From a virus (Duplodnaviria > Heunggongvirae > Uroviricota > Caudoviricetes): DNA of 64,000 nt. This document shows, one piece after another, positions 57,832 to 64,000 of this stretch; the first letter of the stretch is position 1, and the number at the start of each line of letters is the position of its first letter. The stretch lies in IMG/VR virus record IMGVR_UViG_3300047320_000132, positions 3,101 through 67,100 of that record; one strand, given 5' to 3'. The notes beneath the pieces are model-generated. The model was not told the DNA's origin. It was given only the letters and a program-made list of their open reading frames with translations, and made no database searches. Both the position numbers and the translations under genes were made by a program.

Positions 57832-58110
57832 ATGTACGTAATGTTGGTGATTTATCTAATTACTTTGGCTCTATGCATTTGGTTCGGACCAAAGGTAGTA
57901 GCAGTTATAGAGAAACGTGATGCAAGGGCAGAGGTGGAGAATATCCATGCTATCGCTGCTCTTATACTGGGCTTGATTCCAGCTATGAATATCATGTTTC
58001 TCTTTTTTGGAGCGAAACTCCTTTTTGATGTCGACAAGTTGCTTAAAGCAAATAAATACAATGACATATATGAATTCAATCGAAAACTAAAAGAACTGTT
58101 CGATGAGTAA
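57832..58110 (+). CDS. Membrane protein (2 TM)
   Basis: Two hydrophobic segments. Confidence 0.6.
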   Translation: MYVMLVIYLITLALCIWFGPKVVAVIEKRDARAEVENIHAIAALILGLIPAMNIMFLFFGAKLLFDVDKLLKANKYNDIYEFNRKLKELFDE

Positions 58111-58564
58111 CAATCACGCAAAGCATATGGCTCACGCAAAGTTTATCGGTGAGCTGTATAGTAAAGATACATCAAGTAAGGTCGGTGCCTTAATTCTTGA
58201 TGCACAAAATAAGCCTCTGTCATGGGGCTATAATGGTTTCCCGAGAGGAGCAAATGACAATCCAGAAGATCATCCAGAACGACACGACAGAACAAGAGAA
58301 AAGTACCAGTGGGCCGAACACGCTGAGCGCAATGCTATCTATAGCGCTGCAAGCTCTGGTCACAAGCTCGATGGTAGCAGAATCTATGTTTCCACTTTAC
58401 CTACCTGTGTTGATTGTGCTCGTGCAATAGTCCAGTCTGGTATTAAAGAAGTCTATGTCGAAGCTAAAGTTCTCGATGTAGAACGTTGGAAAGAAAGTTG
58501 GGGCTTGGCTCAAAAGATCTATGCTGAGACAGGCGTTAAAGTGATTCCTATGCAAGATACTTAA
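58103..58564 (+). CDS. dCMP deaminase
   Basis: GYNGFPRG, HAERNAI, PTCVDC. Confidence 0.92.
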   Translation: MSNNHAKHMAHAKFIGELYSKDTSSKVGALILDAQNKPLSWGYNGFPRGANDNPEDHPERHDRTREKYQWAEHAERNAIYSAASSGHKLDGSRIYVSTLPTCVDCARAIVQSGIKEVYVEAKVLDVERWKESWGLAQKIYAETGVKVIPMQDT

Positions 58565-58565
58565 A

Positions 58566-59174
58566 ATGGACAAACCGCTCCACTACGAAATTCACGTAAC
58601 TGTAAAAACAGATGATGTTAAGAAGTTTATTGAAGAGTGTGGAGCGATTGGCGTAAAGCCTATTGTTCTGGACTTACAATTGCAGGATACGAGTAGTATT
58701 CAGGACGTGATGACATCCTCTAAATTATCAGGGGATGATACAGACGTATGGACCAGGATGAAGGAAATCTCCTGGTACTTACAATCAAAAGGATTTAACG
58801 TTGTTCGAGAGAAGATCGAAACTGTTCCTTGGCATCCGAAAGCGCTTTTACATGGCGAGGATTCGAAAGAGGGTTATTTTGAAACTCACATACCAGTTGT
58901 TGTAAAAGAAGAAGGCGTTGCGTTTCTAAAAGGACTGTCACAGGGTCTCGGATTGCACTGTAGTCGTAACTCGTTTAAAAAGCTTCACAACGGAAACGTT
59001 GTTCAAATGGTTACGTTACGAAAGAGCTGTACTTTAGTAGAATACAGAAGTCATTACGATTGGATTCTGTCCAGCCTTTATAAATACGGATATTCTTTGG
59101 CTAAGGAATCTGAAATTGAATACGCTCTCCACGATTCAAACGTTTCACATGACGCAGCATGGATCGGTTCATAA
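58566..59174 (+). CDS. Hypothetical protein with duplicated E-x-H-(V/I)-x-V domain
   Basis: YEIHVTV and FETHIPV repeats. Confidence 0.6.
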   Translation: MDKPLHYEIHVTVKTDDVKKFIEECGAIGVKPIVLDLQLQDTSSIQDVMTSSKLSGDDTDVWTRMKEISWYLQSKGFNVVREKIETVPWHPKALLHGEDSKEGYFETHIPVVVKEEGVAFLKGLSQGLGLHCSRNSFKKLHNGNVVQMVTLRKSCTLVEYRSHYDWILSSLYKYGYSLAKESEIEYALHDSNVSHDAAWIGS

Positions 59175-59304
59175 TCAATATAGCTTTTTGGTATAAGAGT
59201 ATTGTGAAGTAGTATTAATCTTAAAATCAATACCTATTTTTTGGCCAAGACCAACTGGAGTCAGAAGTGATGCAAGACCTGTCAATGAAAGAAGGACTGG
59301 AAGA

Positions 59305-59745
59305 ATGTCAAAGCACAAAGAAGAGCCTGACGAAAAGTCTGAAACAAAACCCGAGGCCTTCCATTGGCCATTTCCACGATTTGACTTCGGGAAAAACTCG
59401 GGCAAGGTTTTTTCAGGACCGGGGGCAACCGAGAATTACCGCCGAGATAAAGAAGGCGACAATTCCTCTGCTGGAAGAAATAGCGCTGGAAGAAGTAATG
59501 TCGGAGTTGAATCTTCCGATATCGTGTCTGAACCTCGGAAGAGGCGAGGACGACCACCAAAAAACGCAGGAGTATTGGACGAACCTGGGAATCTACAGGT
59601 AAGTCAACCGTCTGAAGCTACTACAGTTCAGGCGGCTAAGGAAGTTTCGTCGGAAACTTTAGCCCCTCAAAGCCAACCCCAAAACGGAGAACAGCCTGTC
59701 AAACGCGGACGTGGCAGGCCTCGCAAGATTAAGCCTCTGGATTAG
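59305..59745 (+). CDS. Disordered protein with two AT-hook motifs
   Basis: RKRRGRPPK and KRGRGRPRK. Confidence 0.7.
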   Translation: MSKHKEEPDEKSETKPEAFHWPFPRFDFGKNSGKVFSGPGATENYRRDKEGDNSSAGRNSAGRSNVGVESSDIVSEPRKRRGRPPKNAGVLDEPGNLQVSQPSEATTVQAAKEVSSETLAPQSQPQNGEQPVKRGRGRPRKIKPLD

Positions 59746-59830
59746 ACTGAAAGAGATTATGGGTTTTATCGTAGGTAGAGACAACATGCCTTGGAACTGG
59801 GACTGCTGGCCGGTACCCCCGACGAAGTAA

Positions 59831-60616
59831 TTACTTTCCGGGAACCAGCTTTTCCTTAAGCATCTCCATTGCTTCTCGTTTATAAGCACGTAGTTGATCT
59901 TTGGAGATGTTAAGGTTTGATGCCATCTCCGCATGAGTTTTTTCTTCACCGTCTTTGACTCCATAGGCCATGAGGACGATTTCTTTGTGCGGGCTAGGCA
60001 GTTCATCGATCATATGATGAATACGCTCTTTGTCAATTCGGCTCTCTACTTCTGTCCCAATTGGGTCAATCTCAAATTCAGGTCCGTCTGAACCCATATC
60101 TTCTATGTAGTATGTAAGGAATTTCGATTCGGAAAGTTCCCTGAGGTCTTTATCTGAGACGTCGGGGAACTCCTGTTTCAAGTCTTCGAAAGAGCACTTG
60201 TCAGGATTGGCTTCCATGTATTTCTGAATGCGTTGTCCGAGCTGTTGCCTCCAAATAGGAAGAGACACAATGCGAACCTTTGACATTGCATAAAGGATTC
60301 TTTGATTTACCCACCACCCGCTGTAGCTCAAAAATCTAACCTCTGTCGTGGGTTTATATTTTTCAAATCCTACAAGCAGGCCTTCATTCGCAGCGCCGAT
60401 CAACTCTTCAAATAAGTAGAGGTCTCCTTTACTAAAATATTTTGCTTGTTTGAAAGCAAAACGTAAGTTACTTTGAATAATTCTATTTTTAATAGCTTCT
60501 TTTTTAGCCTTAGAAATAGCTGGATCATAGTATTCTAAAAACAAATCATATTCTTCTTCGCGGTTAAGAAGGGGTTGCGAGCAAATGCTCTCATAATATT
60601 TGGATAAATCTGTCAT
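59831..60616 (-). CDS. Sigma70-family RNA polymerase sigma factor (probable start MTDLSKY)
   Basis: PLLNREEE (region 1.2), SNLRF..AK (2.1), NEGLL...RFLSYSGWW (2.2-2.4), region-4-like HTH. Confidence 0.88.
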   Translation of the reverse strand: MTDLSKYYESICSQPLLNREEEYDLFLEYYDPAISKAKKEAIKNRIIQSNLRFAFKQAKYFSKGDLYLFEELIGAANEGLLVGFEKYKPTTEVRFLSYSGWWVNQRILYAMSKVRIVSLPIWRQQLGQRIQKYMEANPDKCSFEDLKQEFPDVSDKDLRELSESKFLTYYIEDMGSDGPEFEIDPIGTEVESRIDKERIHHMIDELPSPHKEIVLMAYGVKDGEEKTHAEMASNLNISKDQLRAYKREAMEMLKEKLVPGK

Positions 60617-60692
60617 GGTTTCCGTTGAGACCTTGCGTCTCCTATGGAGGTAATGTATCATGAGGAACGTTAATAAAGCAAGAGTAATGTAA

Positions 60693-61307
60693 ATGTCTAA
60701 ACATCTAATCACCATCACTGGTCCTAGCGGATCGGGAAAAACTGAACTACTTAATAAGCTTTGTGAGACTGGGAAGTTTTCCCGTCTCGTAAGCGTAGCA
60801 ACCCGTCCTATGCGAGAAGGCGAAAAGGACGGCGTCGATTATCACTTCACAAGCATTCCTATTTTTGAACGTCTCCTTGAACAGGACAAATTCGTACAAC
60901 ACGTTAATTTCCGTGGGCAATTTTATGGCACCCTTAAAGAAGACGCATCTAACGCAATTCTATCGGGGACAATCCCTGTTGTTATCGTTGAGCCCTCGGG
61001 TATACCTCAGTTTAAAGAATTCTGTGATGAGAACGGCTTTGAGTTATTTACGATATTCGTACAGGCCGAGTTCGAAGTCCTCATTGAGAGATACCTATCC
61101 CGGATGGAGCCTTCTGATCTTGGAAGCTCGGAACGTATCGCATATCATTCGAAACGAGTTGCCGCAATCCACACTGAATATTCTGACTGGGGACATTGTC
61201 ACCCATTTGATATTACTTTCCACAACTCAGGAAACAACTTGAACTACATTCATGAAATGGCTACAATGGTAGGTACTTTTTTACAAGAGAATGAAAATGG
61301 CGGTTAA
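60693..61307 (+). CDS. gmk: Guanylate kinase / dNMP kinase
   Basis: GPSGSGKT, TRPMREGEKDGVDYHF, YGT. Confidence 0.9.
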   Translation: MSKHLITITGPSGSGKTELLNKLCETGKFSRLVSVATRPMREGEKDGVDYHFTSIPIFERLLEQDKFVQHVNFRGQFYGTLKEDASNAILSGTIPVVIVEPSGIPQFKEFCDENGFELFTIFVQAEFEVLIERYLSRMEPSDLGSSERIAYHSKRVAAIHTEYSDWGHCHPFDITFHNSGNNLNYIHEMATMVGTFLQENENGG

Positions 61308-61482
61308 GGTAGAAATGGAAGTGAACGAAGAAGCAAAGATGATTGCTCTTTCGTTTACGAGTAGTACGGATACGGAACTCGATGTGCTTGATGCAATTCG
61401 CACAGCAATGTTTGGGGACTTCGACAAACGCGGCTCGTATGTGAAATCCAACCAGCTTATTGTGCAAGTTAAGACCGAGTAA
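61291..61482 (+). CDS. Hypothetical protein
   Basis: Coupled ORF. Confidence 0.55.
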   Translation: MKMAVKVEMEVNEEAKMIALSFTSSTDTELDVLDAIRTAMFGDFDKRGSYVKSNQLIVQVKTE

Positions 61483-61523
61483 ACAATTCCAGATTTTTTG
61501 GTATAACAGTAGTGAGCATATAA

Positions 61524-61691
61524 ATGCTTGAAAAGCAAAGTAAAGTTGTGTTGACCGATGAAGACCTCGAAGAGTATAATAGAGGTCAAGTCTCATCAAG
61601 AGTTCAAGAAACATGGGGTCTATCTTTTAGTGACCTCAAAGATGTAATTGCAACGAAGCAATACGTAACGATTAAAACTAAAGGTGTATAA
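61524..61691 (+). CDS. Small hypothetical protein (55 aa)
   Basis: Manual translation MLEKQSKVVLTDEDL...; promoter TGGTATAAC at 61499. Confidence 0.45.
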   Translation: MLEKQSKVVLTDEDLEEYNRGQVSSRVQETWGLSFSDLKDVIATKQYVTIKTKGV

Positions 61692-61694
61692 GTA

Positions 61695-62552
61695 ATGAAT
61701 CTCGATTCACTGAAAGAACTGGCAGCAAAGCTCCCTGAATCGCATAAGCAAAATGCTCTAGACCTCCTGGAGCGTATGGAATCAGTTGTTGAAGGCATCG
61801 GTGACGAACCGATTCGTTGGCGTGCTCCCATGCTTCGTCTGCTTCAAGCGACGTCGGATCGTAGCAAGCTTCCGAAGGGTGTAGGCGCAGGTGACTTCAT
61901 GATTGGCGAAGAAAAGGTTGACCAACCGCTTCCGCTGATTATCCTGACGATCTATAACACTCGTCAATATTGGAGTCCGGATAAGGACGAAGCAAAGATG
62001 CTCTGTTCGAGCCCTGATGCAAAGGTTGGCTTTATCGGCCTGGATTGCAACAAGTGCCCGCACGGTAAGTTCGATGAAGAAGCACGTAAGTCTGAATGTG
62101 GTAAGGTCAAGCAGGCACTCGCAATTACTGCTGACTTCAAGGAAATCGTAGTCGTCAACTTCTCGAAGACGAACTACGCTATCGGCACGGAACTGGAAGG
62201 CTTTCTGAAGAAGGCTGGTGTTGCTCCGTATCGTCGTATCTATAATTTGAGTTCGAAGACGAACGCAAAGTACAAGAACGTTGAACAGTATGTCGTTGAA
62301 CCGGCAACTGGCGCAGAAAAGAACGTTGCAACTGAACTCGTCGATTTCCTGAAGGAACTCTTCGAAGTCGTTCGTGACGATCGCAAAGAATCGCTTGAGA
62401 AGTTCTACGAAATCATTCAAGTCCGTCGTGAGCAAGGTACGACCCCGGCTCTGACGAATGAGAGCGCAGATTCGGTCGTGATGATCGAAGGTCCTGTCGA
62501 AACCGCTGATGCTGGCGGAGATGATGGTCTGGCGAGCAAGTACTCGGTTTAA
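61695..62552 (+). CDS. Putative single-stranded DNA-binding protein
   Basis: Zn motif CSS..CNKC..C, acidic flexible C-terminus, replication context. Confidence 0.5.
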   Translation: MNLDSLKELAAKLPESHKQNALDLLERMESVVEGIGDEPIRWRAPMLRLLQATSDRSKLPKGVGAGDFMIGEEKVDQPLPLIILTIYNTRQYWSPDKDEAKMLCSSPDAKVGFIGLDCNKCPHGKFDEEARKSECGKVKQALAITADFKEIVVVNFSKTNYAIGTELEGFLKKAGVAPYRRIYNLSSKTNAKYKNVEQYVVEPATGAEKNVATELVDFLKELFEVVRDDRKESLEKFYEIIQVRREQGTTPALTNESADSVVMIEGPVETADAGGDDGLASKYSV

Positions 62553-62605
62553 GAAAGCGTAAGATAAGGCTCCGTTCGCGGGGCCTTTTTTCAAGGTAAT
62601 TCGTC

Positions 62606-63166
62606 GTGCAAGAAATTGAAAATAACGTTCCAGTCGAAGAGAACGAAGAAGAACTCAAAACAGTACCTGAGTACATGAAGACCTGTATTCAGCTATCTAT
62701 AAATACAGAGCTTGGCGAGAACGAAGTCCGAGATAGATGCTTCCACCTATTGAGTGGCGGTGCTATTTTCGGAATTTGCATCGGTGAACTCTCGGACTCT
62801 TTTTTAGTCTCTAACAGTTGTCAATTAGTTAGTGAATCTGGAAAAGTATCTGGTAAGCCCTTTGCAAGATCGAAAATTATCCGGTTGTACCGCAATGCTA
62901 TTGCGTTTACTTCAATCCCGGACAGGGAACATCGGTACTATTACTTTAACTGGCTAAAGAAGCAATTTGAAGGTCAGGAAGAGTTCTTTAATAAAGACAG
63001 ACGTGACATTATTGAGAAATACGTGTATGCTTACGCTAACAGCAAACCAAAAGTTTCGCAAACAGCTGCACCAGAAGATGATGAATTGCCCGTAGAAGAG
63101 AAAAGTGCTTCGCCTGGTAGTCCGGACTCGTTCTGGTCACCATTCACAAGCACGGAATTTCACTAA
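62606..63166 (+). CDS. Hypothetical protein
   Basis: ORF in the replication operon. Confidence 0.6.
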   Translation: MQEIENNVPVEENEEELKTVPEYMKTCIQLSINTELGENEVRDRCFHLLSGGAIFGICIGELSDSFLVSNSCQLVSESGKVSGKPFARSKIIRLYRNAIAFTSIPDREHRYYYFNWLKKQFEGQEEFFNKDRRDIIEKYVYAYANSKPKVSQTAAPEDDELPVEEKSASPGSPDSFWSPFTSTEFH

Positions 63167-64000
63167 ATGACTACAGAAGTTGACAACGTACAAAGCGTTG
63201 GAGAAGACGATGACAAGCTAAAGACGATCTCTAAGGATTTCCTCGAAAGTTTGTATGCTCAAAGCAATGCATTAGAAGAAGTAAAACTCGACGATATCTC
63301 ACTTGGACCTTGGAGCCATAGTAAGCTAAAGGTTTTGGAGAAGTGTCCATTGCAGTTTTATTTGAAGTACATTCTTAAAGTTAAGCTCCCAGCAGAGCTT
63401 TCCGCAAATCAGGATACTACGCTAGCTGACGTGGGTTCAGCAGCACACAAAGTTCTGGAGTTGATTTTTGCAGGTCATACAGTAGCAAGTGCTTATGCTA
63501 TGGCCAAAACGGAGTTTGTCCCTTCTAAGCTCACAGAAGAACTGTGGACTGAACGGATTGAAGGTGTTGAATTTAACATCACGCAATTCAAAGACAGAAT
63601 CGACGCATTCAAGAAGCGTCACAAGGTTAAGAAGATTTATACAGAACTTCGACTTGGCGTTACCCGAGACTGGAAACCCACGAAGTTCTTCGCATCTGAC
63701 GTATGGATGCGAGGAGTTGTCGACTTTGTCGTGATCCTGGAAAACGGCGATGCGATGATCATTGACTGGAAATATGGTCCTCCTGCAGCAGCTGGCATTC
63801 GTAACTACAAGCAACAGCTGGATAGCTACAAGCCTTTGATCAACTTCGGTCTGAAGCCCATTCGTGGAGCTACTTCTGGAGTCGGATTTATCCGTGAGGG
63901 TGAGATCGTCCTGGATGAGTTCACGACGCAGGAAGACATCGAAGGTAAGATGAAGAACATGATTGAGTTCAACGTCGAAGGAGCTATCGAGTCAACCAAG
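63167..64000 (+). CDS. PD-(D/E)XK (RecB/Cas4-like) nuclease, truncated by the window edge
   Basis: Manual translation: WSHSKL..LEKCP, GSAAHKVLE, RGVVDFVV...IIDWKYG. Confidence 0.8.
   Translation, partial: MTTEVDNVQSVGEDDDKLKTISKDFLESLYAQSNALEEVKLDDISLGPWSHSKLKVLEKCPLQFYLKYILKVKLPAELSANQDTTLADVGSAAHKVLELIFAGHTVASAYAMAKTEFVPSKLTEELWTERIEGVEFNITQFKDRIDAFKKRHKVKKIYTELRLGVTRDWKPTKFFASDVWMRGVVDFVVILENGDAMIIDWKYGPPAAAGIRNYKQQLDSYKPLINFGLKPIRGATSGVGFIREGEIVLDEFTTQEDIEGKMKNMIEFNVEGAIESTK

Noticed and set aside
61782-62594. 270-aa minus-strand ORF
   Set aside because: Antisense shadow of the putative SSB
63167-64000. Cas4-like nuclease as evidence of a CRISPR system
   Set aside because: No repeat-spacer array or other cas genes were seen; solo PD-(D/E)XK nucleases are common in phage replication modules
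1-64000. tRNA, rRNA or CRISPR arrays
   Set aside because: No cloverleaf with a T-loop GTTCRA and no periodic repeats were found by eye; tRNAscan-SE or a CRISPR finder would be decisive

Overview
64-kb segment of a large lytic contractile-tailed (myovirus-type, jumbo-like) bacteriophage genome. The minus strand carries a long late/structural block: baseplate spike, tail tube, tail sheath, neck proteins, HK97-fold major capsid protein, decoration protein, scaffold/internal head proteins, prohead protease, tail-fibre cassette and portal. It also encodes a multisubunit RNA polymerase split into three separated genes (beta fused to the beta-prime N-terminus, beta-prime middle, beta-prime C-terminus) and a sigma70-family factor. 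Short plus-strand cassettes interrupt this block, each headed by a conserved TGGTATAAG promoter. The right third is a plus-strand replication/nucleotide block (SNF2 and DinG helicases, dCMP deaminase, guanylate kinase, putative SSB, PD-(D/E)XK nuclease). The most striking unexplained signal is a shared N-terminal peptide M(x)NKYL(E/T)K(I/V)A on at least 9 unrelated proteins. A related Phi-x-K-x-A-[A/S/G] motif recurs throughout the head proteins. The tagged cargo includes an ATP-dependent ligase fused to an HhH domain, a SNF2 helicase, an encapsulin-type half-ferritin and an ACP-like protein, and a LigD 3'-phosphoesterase next to them carries an internal variant. This suggests an encapsulin-like capsid cargo-loading system that delivers a DNA-protection/repair kit with the genome. 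No tRNA, rRNA or CRISPR array was seen. All family assignments come from motifs recognised by eye; no database search was run.
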